A DNA stretch of 32,000 nucleotides, from NCBI RefSeq assembly GCF_008065095.1, contig NZ_CP042911.1, forward strand, positions 5,940,001 through 5,972,000. The letters run 5' to 3'. Shown here piece by piece: positions 1 through 7,500 of the stretch (the first letter of the stretch is position 1; each line of letters opens with the position of its first letter). The position numbers were made by a program, and so were the translations under genes. The DNA comes from Gemmata obscuriglobus (lineage in GTDB: Bacteria; Planctomycetota; Planctomycetia; Gemmatales; Gemmataceae). A model generated the notes under the pieces. It was given only the letters and a program-made list of their open reading frames with translations, had not been told where the DNA came from and did no database searches.

Positions 1-31
1 TCTGATTTCGCCCGCGATCAGGAGAACTACC

Positions 32-415
32 ATGTCGAACATCAAAGATAACGTGATCAAGGCCGGCCACACCGTTGCGGACAAAGCGGGGGACGCCGTC
101 CAAGCAGTCGCCACCGGCGTAAACCAGGCGGCAGAGTTCGTGAAAGAGAAGGTCGGTCTCGCGAGCCCGGACAAGGGCGTCACGGGGATTCAGGAGCGGA
201 TGGACGTGATCGCGTCGTGCGGCTCCAAGGTCGGCGTGGTCGATCACGTCGAGGGGCAGGCCCTGAAGCTGACCCGCAAGGACAGCAAGGACGGAGAGCA
301 CCACTTCGTGCCCCTGAAGTGTGTCGCCAAGGTCGACGAGCACGTCCACCTGAAGATGAACTCGAAGGAGTTCGCCGAGCAGAGCAAGACCAACGCGGCC
401 GATTGTGGTTGTTGA
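32..415 (+). CDS. small DUF2171-like protein (hypothetical)
   Basis: ATG preceded by AGGAGA. 127 aa. The C-terminal half (MDVIASCGSKVGVVDHVEG..HHFVPL..VHL) resembles the DUF2171 pattern as I recall it. Followed by a terminator hairpin. Confidence 0.6.
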   Translation: MSNIKDNVIKAGHTVADKAGDAVQAVATGVNQAAEFVKEKVGLASPDKGVTGIQERMDVIASCGSKVGVVDHVEGQALKLTRKDSKDGEHHFVPLKCVAKVDEHVHLKMNSKEFAEQSKTNAADCGC

Positions 416-439
416 TCTGCGTAGCTCCCGAGAGTCCCC

Positions 440-473
440 GAAGCCTGCTCAATCTGAGCGGGCTTCTTTCGTT
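440..473 (+). terminator. rho-independent terminator of the DUF2171-like gene
   Basis: 11-bp stem GAAGCCTGCTC/GAGCGGGCTTC (one G-U pair), 5-nt loop, then TTTCGTT. Starts 25 nt after the stop codon. Confidence 0.7.
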
Positions 474-1670
474 GTGTGCCAGGCATGTTGCGTATGAGGA
501 GGTGGAAGTCCTCCGCGGGCCGTGGTGAGCGGAACCGCAAGGCGAGGCAAGGGTGCCCGTCGCGAGGCGGAATCTGAAGGAAGCCGAAGCCCCCAGTCGG
601 GAGCCGACGAACAGGAACCGGATATCAGGCCGGCGTGGCGGGGTCAGCGGGCAACGGACCGCGAAGCCCAATCTCACTCGGACGCACACGCGGGTAAATC
701 CGGCGGTCGCTCGACGAAGCAACGCAACTTACCCTGGGAGATCTCCCGATCCGCGAAGGCGATCTTCGCACCGCGACCGGTAACGGTGGGGGGATGGTTC
801 GGGAGAAGTCAGCCGAGGCCGTAGTAACTCGTCCGTCCGGTGGAGCGATCCACGGGGGAGGCACCCACACCTCGTAAGGACGAACGAAGGGCCGAACTTA
901 ATGTGCCAAGGAGCAGCCGGAGCCGACTCGATGGGCGTGAAGCGACCGCAAGGCCGGCCGGACCAACGGACCCTCTTCGAGGGCTCGGAGGCCGACCGGC
1001 GCCACGACACAACCGGCGAAGGCGGAACCGGAGCGGGTGTGGTCGAGGAGTCACAAGCGTCTGCGGCGTTGGAGCCGTCACGCGCCTTGACGGATCGTCT
1101 GATGGAGGAGGTGTGCCAGCGAGGCAATCTCAACCAAGCTTACTCTCGGGTGAAGGCGAACAAAGGGGCACCGGGAATCGACGGGATGACCGTCGAGGAC
1201 TCGCTCCGCTGGATCGCCGAGCACAAGCAGGAACTGCTGTCGAGTCTGCTCGACGGGTCGTATCGTCCGAGTCCGGTGCGTGGGGTTTTGATCCCGAAGC
1301 CGGGCGGAGGCGAGCGGCAGTTAGGGATTCCGACGGTGGTGGATCGTCTGGTTCAGCAGGCGATTCTGCAAGTGCTGACGCGTTTGTTGGACCCGACCTT
1401 TTCGGAATCCAGCTACGGCTTCCGTCCCGGCAAGAGCGCTCACCAGGCGCTGTTGAAGGCGAAGGAGTACGTGGCGGATGGTCGAGCGATTGTGGTGGAC
1501 GTGGACCTGGAGAAGTTTTTCGACCGGGTGAACCACGACATCCTGATGGCCCGGCTGGCGCGTCGTGTGTCGGACACGCGCTTGTTGCGGATCGTGCGTC
1601 GCTTCCTGGAAGCGGGGCTGATGCAAGACGGTGTGTGTGTCGCACGTCACGAGGGGACGCCGCAAGGGGG
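474..1670 (+). mobile_element. group II intron, 5' fragment (ribozyme domains I-III plus part of the domain IV ORF); 3' half absent
   Basis: GTGTG (GUGYG-like 5' end) at 474 directly after the terminator. About 430-600 nt of structured-looking non-coding sequence precedes an intron-type RT ORF. The 5' boundary is approximate (474-510). No domain V/VI is present in the window. Confidence 0.65.
901..1670 (+). pseudogene. group II intron reverse transcriptase/maturase, 3'-truncated
   Basis: Motifs NLNQAYSRVKANKGAPGIDGMT, RPSPVRGVLIPKPGGGERQLGIPTVVDRLVQQA, SYGFRPGKSAHQAL, VDVDLEKFFDRVNHD, GTPQGG. The ORF leaves RT homology right after TPQGG, where IS sequence starts. YADD, the X/maturase domain and the C-terminus are missing. 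Confidence 0.85.
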
Positions 1671-1961
1671 TATAGTGGACCCCGAAAACTGGACCGCCGG
1701 TTAAGCTATACCGGAGGCCCAGGAAAGGGGAACCCATGGCGGGCAAGCGGAAGAGTCACTCGGCGGCGTTCAAGGCCCAGGTCGCGCTGGCGGCCCTCAA
1801 GGGCGACAAGACCATCAACGAACTGGCGAGTCAGCACGGCGTCCACCCGACCCTGATTCATGGGTGGAAGAAGCAGTTGCTCACCGGGGCCGAGGCCGTG
1901 TTCGCCTCGGGGGCGAAGGGCACCGGCCCCCCGGAAGACAAGACGACCGAGTTGTACGAGC
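1671..1961 (+). mobile_element. partial IS3-family copy (left-most 291 bp only)
   Basis: 1671-1961 looks identical by eye to 1962-2252 (same IR TATAGTGGACCCC, same orfA start offset: ATG at 1736 vs 2027). The copy stops at ..GTTGTACGAGC, where the second copy begins. Confidence 0.85.
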
Positions 1962-1966
1962 TATAG
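1736..1966 (+). pseudogene. truncated IS3 orfA (HTH part), ending in the next copy's inverted repeat
   Basis: First 75 aa are identical to OrfA at 2027-2314. The reading frame runs into the second IS copy and stops. Confidence 0.7.
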
Positions 1967-2026
1967 TGGACCCCGAAAACTGGACCGCCGGTTAAGCTAT
2001 ACCGGAGGCCCAGGAAAGGGGAACCC

Positions 2027-2314
2027 ATGGCGGGCAAGCGGAAGAGTCACTCGGCGGCGTTCAAGGCCCAGGTCGCGCTGGCGGCCCTCAAGGGCGACAA
2101 GACCATCAACGAACTGGCGAGTCAGCACGGCGTCCACCCGACCCTGATTCATGGGTGGAAGAAGCAGTTGCTCACCGGGGCCGAGGCCGTGTTCGCCTCG
2201 GGGGCGAAGGGCACCGGCCCCCCGGAAGACAAGACGACCGAGTTGTACGAGCAGATCGGCCGCCTCAAGGTGGAACTCGACTGGGTGAAAAAAAAATCGG
2301 CCGCCCTCGGCTGA
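2027..2314 (+). CDS. IS3-family transposase OrfA (HTH, leucine-zipper-like C-terminus)
   Basis: MAGKRKSHSAAFKAQVALAALKGDKTINELASQHGVHP..IHGWKKQL is the typical IS3/IS911 OrfA pattern. GGAAAGGGG lies upstream of the ATG. Confidence 0.85.
   Translation: MAGKRKSHSAAFKAQVALAALKGDKTINELASQHGVHPTLIHGWKKQLLTGAEAVFASGAKGTGPPEDKTTELYEQIGRLKVELDWVKKKSAALG
2288..2296 (+). promoter_or_regulatory. A9 slippage tract linking orfA and orfB
   Basis: GTG AAA AAA AAA TCG in the orfA frame. The orfB frame opens at 2289 inside the tract. Confidence 0.5.
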
Positions 2315-3155
2315 GGCCAAGCGTGCCCGGATCGAGGCCGAGCACCCGGAGCTGAGCGTCCGGCGCCAGTGCGAGCTGATCGGATTGAACCGCTCGACGG
2401 TGTACTACGAGCCGACCCCGGAGAGCGCGGAGAACCTGACGCTGATGCGGTTGATCGACGAGCAGTACACGACGTGCCCGTTCTACGGGAGCCGGCGCCT
2501 GGCCGCGTGGCTGGGCACCCAGGGCCACGAGGTGAACCGCAAGCGGGTGCAGCGGCTGTTGCGGATCATGGGGTTGGAGGCCCTGTACCCCAAGCCCAAG
2601 CTGTCGGTCGGGTCCGGGCACAAGGTGTACCCGTACCTGTTGCGGGGCGTGGCCATCGACCGGGTCCATCAGGTGTGGAGCACGGACATCACGTACATCC
2701 CGATGCCCACCGGGTTCATGTACCTGGCCGCAACGATGGACTGGTTCAGCCGGTACGTGGTGGCCTGGCGACTGTCCAACACGTTGGACGGGTCATTCTG
2801 CCAGGACATGCTGGAGGAGGCCTTGGGCCGGGGCAAGCCGGAGGTGTTCAACACGGACCAGGGAGTCCAGTTCACGGCCGCCGCGTGGGTCGGGCGATTG
2901 GAGCGGGCCGGGGTCGCGGTGAGCATGGACGGGCGGGGCCGGTGCCTGGACAACGTGTTCGTGGAGCGCCTGTGGCGGAGCGTCAAGTACGAGGACGTGT
3001 ACCTCAAGGGTTACGAGTCGGTGCCGGCCCTGGAGAGTGGGCTCCGGGCGTACTTCGGGTTCTACAACACCGAGCGGTTACACCAGTCCCTGGACTACCG
3101 CACCCCGGCTCAGGTGTATGGCGTCGGAGCCACGAAGGCCCCGACGAAACAGTAG
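2289..3155 (+). CDS. IS3-family transposase OrfB (DDE/rve integrase core), presumably made as an OrfAB fusion
   Basis: The frame is open from 2289 (..RARIEAEHPELSVRRQCELIGLNRSTVYY). WSTDITYIP, NTDQGVQFT and ERLWRSVKYE match the DDE region. The ORF track starts it at TTG 2385. Confidence 0.85.
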   Translation, partial: KKNRPPSAEAKRARIEAEHPELSVRRQCELIGLNRSTVYYEPTPESAENLTLMRLIDEQYTTCPFYGSRRLAAWLGTQGHEVNRKRVQRLLRIMGLEALYPKPKLSVGSGHKVYPYLLRGVAIDRVHQVWSTDITYIPMPTGFMYLAATMDWFSRYVVAWRLSNTLDGSFCQDMLEEALGRGKPEVFNTDQGVQFTAAAWVGRLERAGVAVSMDGRGRCLDNVFVERLWRSVKYEDVYLKGYESVPALESGLRAYFGFYNTERLHQSLDYRTPAQVYGVGATKAPTKQ

Positions 3156-3235
3156 CGAAGGATAGCAACTTTTTGGTCTAGACAATGGGGTCCACTGTAG
3201 ACCGCCGCCTCGCCCTCCGCGCGTGGCTCCACGCC

Positions 3236-3946
3236 ATGTCCGTGCTGGAGCGGCAACTGCTGGTCGACCAGGCGCGCGCTCGCAACGCGATGATCCGTAA
3301 GGCCGCAACTGAATACACCCGGGTCGGCCACCCGCCGGCTCACGTCTTCGTCGCCCACCGCACCCGCGTGAAGGGCGTCATCGAGGACCACTACCGCCGC
3401 ACCATCCCGGTGTTCGCCGGCATGGCCCTGAAGCAGATCAAGTCCCGCCGGATCGAGCGGAAGGCCACGCAGACGCTGAACGAGTGGCTCATCGCACGGT
3501 GGATCGAACGGGAGTCTCTCCGCAAGGCCACGATGATCGCCGACACCGACCGCGACGACGTGATCGCAGCCATCCAGAACGGAATCAGGGACGGGCTCGG
3601 CACCGAGGAAATCGCAAGGAACATCCGCAAGGTGAGTCAACTGACTGCCTACCGCGCCGCCACCGTCGCCCGCACCGAGACCCACGCCGCAGCGACCTAC
3701 GGCAGCATCGAGTCGGTACGGGAAGCGGAGCGCACGCTCGACGTCAAGATGAACAAGGAGTGGCTCGCCACGAAGGACGACCGCACGCGCCCGGAGCACC
3801 TCGCGGCCGACGGCCAGCAGGTCGCGATGGACGAGAAGTTTATCGTCGGCGGGGAAGCGATGGACCGGCCGGGGGATACGGGGGCGAGTGCGGGCAATGT
3901 TGTGGCGTGCAGGTGCGCAATTATTTACGAGGAGAAGACTGAATGA
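3236..3946 (+). CDS. phage head morphogenesis protein, SPP1 gp7 / Mu F family (5' end abutted or truncated by the IS)
   Basis: ARTETHAA, WLATKDDRTRPEHLAADGQ, ACRC are MuF-family motifs. The frame is open back into the IS right end (in-frame ATG at 3185 inside the IR). The first ATG in phage sequence is at 3236. Confidence 0.7.
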   Translation: MSVLERQLLVDQARARNAMIRKAATEYTRVGHPPAHVFVAHRTRVKGVIEDHYRRTIPVFAGMALKQIKSRRIERKATQTLNEWLIARWIERESLRKATMIADTDRDDVIAAIQNGIRDGLGTEEIARNIRKVSQLTAYRAATVARTETHAAATYGSIESVREAERTLDVKMNKEWLATKDDRTRPEHLAADGQQVAMDEKFIVGGEAMDRPGDTGASAGNVVACRCAIIYEEKTE

Positions 3947-4320
3947 TTCCAGTGAAGCAGAGCAAGCTGTATATGAAGGACGGCATCCATAATGGAAACT
4001 GCTTCGCGGCTTGCCTGGCTTCCCTTCTCGAAATTCCCTTGTGGATGGTGCCTCCATTCGATGACATGTTCGGGCGTGGTGATTGGCGACCCAGAGTCGA
4101 TGAATGGCTAAAGCGACTGTTCAACTCGCAGTTGGTGCGGTGGGACGAAGGCGATGAGCCTGAAGAGTTTCCAGAGTTCTATATCGCCAGCGGGCTTTCT
4201 CAGCGCGGGGTCCAGCACGCGGTCATCTACAGCAAGGGTGTGATGATTCACGATCCACACTACAGCGACAGCGGAATCGCGAAGGTTGATTGGGTTTGGT
4301 ATCTGGTTCCGTCTGAATGA
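3943..4320 (+). CDS. small papain-fold (C39-like) cysteine peptidase-like protein
   Basis: GNCFAACLASLL (candidate Cys), QHAVIY (candidate His), MIHDP (candidate Asp) in C39-like spacing. ATGA overlaps at both ends. Third-codon-position GC is clearly lower than in all neighbouring genes. Confidence 0.55.
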   Translation: MIPVKQSKLYMKDGIHNGNCFAACLASLLEIPLWMVPPFDDMFGRGDWRPRVDEWLKRLFNSQLVRWDEGDEPEEFPEFYIASGLSQRGVQHAVIYSKGVMIHDPHYSDSGIAKVDWVWYLVPSE

Positions 4321-4532
4321 CCTCCCGCATCCTCTCCCAGCACGGCAACGTCATCGCCGCCGATTTCCGCCCGCGACGCTTGGCCGACATTTCTGTCCGG
4401 ATGACCAGCGAAACGCTCTACTGCGACGGCCACGTCACGCTCATCCGCGCTACGGTGCAGGTCGGTGACCGACCGGCGTCCTGCACGCACCTCCTCGGCG
4501 ACCTCGCCACCGGCCACATCGTTCAACTTTAA
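4317..4532 (+). CDS. hypothetical phage protein (71 aa)
   Basis: ATGA-coupled start, high GC3 like the rest of the prophage, TAACC stop context. No recognisable motif. Confidence 0.5.
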   Translation: MTSRILSQHGNVIAADFRPRRLADISVRMTSETLYCDGHVTLIRATVQVGDRPASCTHLLGDLATGHIVQL

Positions 4533-4548
4533 CCACGCGGTAACACAC

Positions 4549-5181
4549 ATGGAACTGAAACGCCTTTCCTTCGCCCTCACCGAGGTGAAGGCCGAAGACG
4601 ACACGCGCACCATTGAGGGCTTCGGCTCGGTGTTCAACAACCTCGACAGCTACAGCGACATCGTCATGCCCGGCGCGTTCACCAAATCCATCGCCAAGCG
4701 CAAGCCCGTGATGCTGTGGCAGCATAACAGCGACCAGCCGATCGGCGTGTGGGATGTGATGGAGGAGCAGAAGAAGGGACTGTACGTCAAGGGCCGCATC
4801 CTCGACACCGCCCTCGGCGGCGACGCCTACAAGCTCGTGAAGGCGGGCGCCATTTCCGGTCTGTCGATCGGGTACTCGGCCAAGAAGTGGGAGACGGATT
4901 CCGAGAAGGGCATCCGCAAACTGACCGAGGTCGAGCTGTACGAGATCTCCATGGTCACGTTCCCGGCCAACGAGAAGGCCCAGATTACACGTGTCAAATC
5001 AGACGACGGCACGCTCATCGACGAGCGCGCCTTCGAGGAATTCCTGCGAGACGCAGGCTTCAGCCGCAAGGAGGCAAAAATCATCGTCTCCGAGGGCTAC
5101 CGTGCGATCCCGAAGCAGCGAGACGCTGGGGCGGAGGAGCACAACACTCTCAGCACATTGTTCAACAAGTTCAAGTATTAG
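4549..5181 (+). CDS. HK97-family prohead protease (S78/U35)
   Basis: FGSVFNNLDSYSDIV, WQHN..PIGVW, GLSIGY, EVELYEISMVTFPAN, C-terminal FEEFLRDAGFSRKEAK. The start is taken at the internal ATG of ORF 4465-5181. Confidence 0.85.
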   Translation: MELKRLSFALTEVKAEDDTRTIEGFGSVFNNLDSYSDIVMPGAFTKSIAKRKPVMLWQHNSDQPIGVWDVMEEQKKGLYVKGRILDTALGGDAYKLVKAGAISGLSIGYSAKKWETDSEKGIRKLTEVELYEISMVTFPANEKAQITRVKSDDGTLIDERAFEEFLRDAGFSRKEAKIIVSEGYRAIPKQRDAGAEEHNTLSTLFNKFKY

Positions 5182-5191
5182 GATCACACAT

Positions 5192-6544
5192 ATGGAAGTA
5201 GAACTGCAGAAATCCGTGGAGGGCGCACTGCTCGCGTTCGAAGCACTGAAGACCGATTTCACCGACATCAAGGGCAAGATGAAGAACGTCGACGGCTTCG
5301 ACCAGGCGAAGTTCGCCAAGATGGCCGAGGACATCGCCAAGGGCATCGACGTGGCCCAGAAGGTCGAAGGCTCCGTGAAGGCCCTCGACGAGGCGAAGAA
5401 GGCCCAGGAAACCGCCCTCGCGGAGATCAAGGAGAAGAACAAGCTGCTCGAAGAAAAGCAGGCCCTGATCGAAACGGCCCTGTCCCGCCCGATTTCCGTC
5501 ACCACCGAGGACGCAAAGTCCAAAGGTGACGACATGCTCGCCAAAAGCACCGAGCTGTTCAACGAGTTCGCCCGCAAGGGTGCGGTAAAGGGTGAGGACT
5601 ACACCGACTACCTGCGCCGCACCGAGAAGGCCGACGACGAGGCCCGCACGCTGGCCCTGAAGACGATGTCCGTCAACAGCGACCCCGACGGCGGCTACCT
5701 GGTCATCCCGACCCTCGGCGGCACCATCACCACGCTGGTGCGTGAAACCTCCCCGATGCGCCAGCTCGCCAGCGTGCAGACGATCGGCTCCGACTCGCTC
5801 GAGTACATGCTCGACAACGACGAGGCCGGTGCCGGCTGGGTGGGCGAAACACAGCCCCGCCCGGAAACGACCACGCCCCGCTTCAGCAAGCTGGTCATCC
5901 CCGTCAACGAGATCTACGCGCAACCGAAGGCGACGCAGAAGCTCATCGACGACGCGGTGGTGGACATTGAGGCGTGGCTGGCCGAGAAGGTGGCCCAGAA
6001 GTTCGCCCGCATGGAGAACACGGCCTTCATGTCCGGCGACGGCGTCATGCAGCCCCGCGGCATCCTGACCTACCCGAACGGCACCTCCGGCCTGACGGTC
6101 GAGCAGGTCATCACCGGTGCGGCCTCGGCGTTCGCCTACGACGGCCTGGTGAACCTGCAGTCCGCGCTCAAGGAAGAGTACCAGGGCAACGCGTCCTGGC
6201 TGGTCAACCGCCTCGGCTTCGGCAACCTGCTGCTGCTGCTCAAGGACCTGAACGGCACCCCGATCTTCAACATGCAGTACGACATGCGGATCGGCCTGCA
6301 GCGCTCCATCCTCGGCGCGCCGCTGTACTTCGCCACCGACATGCCGACGGTCGCCACCAACGCCCTGGCGGCGATCTACGGCGACTTCAAGCGGGCCTAC
6401 CAGATCGTGGACCGCACCGGCATCCGCATCCTCCGCGACCCGTTCACCGACAAGCCGTTCGTGAAGTTCTACACGACCAAACGGGTCGGCGGAGCCTTGG
6501 TCAACGGGGAAGCAATCAAAATCGCGAAGATCGCTGCCTCGTAG
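5192..6544 (+). CDS. HK97-family major capsid protein with N-terminal coiled-coil delta domain
   Basis: About 100-aa K/E-rich coiled-coil N-terminus, then DPDGGYLVIP, LVIPVNEIYA, MQPRGIL, NRLGF, FVKFYTTKRVGG. The start is taken at ATG 5192 within ORF 4991-6544. Confidence 0.9.
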   Translation: MEVELQKSVEGALLAFEALKTDFTDIKGKMKNVDGFDQAKFAKMAEDIAKGIDVAQKVEGSVKALDEAKKAQETALAEIKEKNKLLEEKQALIETALSRPISVTTEDAKSKGDDMLAKSTELFNEFARKGAVKGEDYTDYLRRTEKADDEARTLALKTMSVNSDPDGGYLVIPTLGGTITTLVRETSPMRQLASVQTIGSDSLEYMLDNDEAGAGWVGETQPRPETTTPRFSKLVIPVNEIYAQPKATQKLIDDAVVDIEAWLAEKVAQKFARMENTAFMSGDGVMQPRGILTYPNGTSGLTVEQVITGAASAFAYDGLVNLQSALKEEYQGNASWLVNRLGFGNLLLLLKDLNGTPIFNMQYDMRIGLQRSILGAPLYFATDMPTVATNALAAIYGDFKRAYQIVDRTGIRILRDPFTDKPFVKFYTTKRVGGALVNGEAIKIAKIAAS

Positions 6545-6560
6545 CCACACACTTCCAATC

Positions 6561-6583
6561 GGGGGCGGATCAACCCCGCCCCC
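6561..6583 (+). terminator. GC hairpin after the capsid gene (possible attenuator)
   Basis: GGGGGCGG / CCGCCCCC, 8-bp stem with a 7-nt loop, 17 nt after the stop. The downstream T-tract is weak. Confidence 0.35.
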
Positions 6584-6606
6584 CACTTCTCTGAAAGGAT
6601 CTCACT

Positions 6607-7056
6607 ATGCCTAATCGCTCTTCCCTCTACTCGGCGCTCTCCGCCGTAAGCCTCCTGCTGCCCGTCGCCCGGACCGCGGACGCCAACTCCACCGGGATGG
6701 ACCTGCGCGACGCCGAGAGCGCCGCGCTGCTGTTCGTCGTCGGCGACTCGCCCGACACGCTGTCTGGTACCAACAAGATCGAGCTGGAAGTCGAGGAGTC
6801 CGACGACAACTCGACCTGGACCGACGTCGCCAACGCCGACCTGACCAACTACGTGGCCGCCACCAACACCGGCACGGCCGCGCTGATCGACGCCCCCAGC
6901 GAAGACTCGCTGGCTGTGATCGTCGGGTACAAGGGCTACAAGCGCTACATCCGCGGCGTGGTCAACGTCTCCGGCACGCACTCGACCGGCACCACGATCG
7001 GCGTCATCGGCCTGCGCGGCGGCAACCACACCCAGCCCGTGAACGTCAGCAGCTAA
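6607..7056 (+). CDS. hypothetical head-module protein (possible decoration/cement protein)
   Basis: SD-like AAAGGA upstream. Located directly after the capsid gene. High GC3. Followed by a strong terminator. Function is inferred from position only. Confidence 0.6.
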   Translation: MPNRSSLYSALSAVSLLLPVARTADANSTGMDLRDAESAALLFVVGDSPDTLSGTNKIELEVEESDDNSTWTDVANADLTNYVAATNTGTAALIDAPSEDSLAVIVGYKGYKRYIRGVVNVSGTHSTGTTIGVIGLRGGNHTQPVNVSS

Positions 7057-7063
7057 CCAACTC

Positions 7064-7089
7064 GGGGCGGTTCGCCGCCCCATTTTTCT
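7064..7089 (+). terminator. rho-independent terminator
   Basis: GGGGCGG-TTCG-CCGCCCC (7-bp stem, UUCG loop) followed by ATTTTTCT. Confidence 0.6.
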
Positions 7090-7101
7090 CAAGGAGGATA
7101 C

Positions 7102-7494
7102 ATGGACACCACGCAGAAGCGGTACCGCATGCTGAAGACCCTTCCGGGCTCACGCAACGGCATCAAGGTGGAGACCTTCACTAAAGGCGAAACCTACTCC
7201 CTCAACCCCGAACTCGCCGAGCAGTTCTACCACGAGGCGGCCATCGAAGAGGTGACCGGCAGCCCCGCCGACGCGCGCGAGAAGAAGGTCACCGGACCGA
7301 CCGAAACCAAGGCCGGTGAGGCCGGCGTCGACCTGTCCACCCAGAACGTCGAAGAACTGGTGGCGCTCGCCCGCGACACCTACGGCCTCGACGTCGACAC
7401 CACCATGGGCGAGGCCGCCCTCCGCGCGCTCATCGAGCAGGCCGAATCTGCCGAAGACGACGCCACCGCCAAGAAAACCAAGAAGCGGAAGTAA
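7102..7494 (+). CDS. hypothetical phage protein with HeH/Rho-N-like motif and basic tail
   Basis: AAGGAGGA SD. NVEELVALARDTYGLDVD..ALRALIEQ resembles an HeH/SAP-type helix-extension-helix. C-terminus is KKTKKRK. Confidence 0.65.
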   Translation: MDTTQKRYRMLKTLPGSRNGIKVETFTKGETYSLNPELAEQFYHEAAIEEVTGSPADAREKKVTGPTETKAGEAGVDLSTQNVEELVALARDTYGLDVDTTMGEAALRALIEQAESAEDDATAKKTKKRK

Positions 7495-7500
7495 CCGCTC

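Larger units (their letters stand above)
1962..3199 (+). mobile_element. IS3-family insertion sequence, complete copy (1238 bp)
   Basis: Terminal inverted repeats TATAGTGGACCCC (1962-) and GGGGTCCACTGTA (3187-3199), 12/13 match. orfA plus orfB architecture with an A-tract between them. The flanks (GGG / GAC) show no target-site duplication. Confidence 0.85.

Noticed and set aside
901-1670. The reverse transcriptase as part of a diversity-generating retroelement acting on the fibre genes, or as a retron
   Set aside because: The RT motifs and the upstream structured RNA are of group II intron type. The gene is truncated. I saw no template/variable repeat pair with adenine-specific differences near any fibre C-terminus.
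840-1856. A 338-aa ORF overlapping the RT in another frame, and other R/G-rich ORFs in 217-870
   Set aside because: They have no protein-like composition. They overlap the RT ORF or the intron ribozyme region.
4465-4548. N-terminal extensions of the protease ORF (4465-4548) and the capsid ORF (4991-5191)
   Set aside because: The extensions are S/T/R/P-rich and overlap the preceding genes. Family-like sequence starts at the internal ATGs 4549 and 5192.
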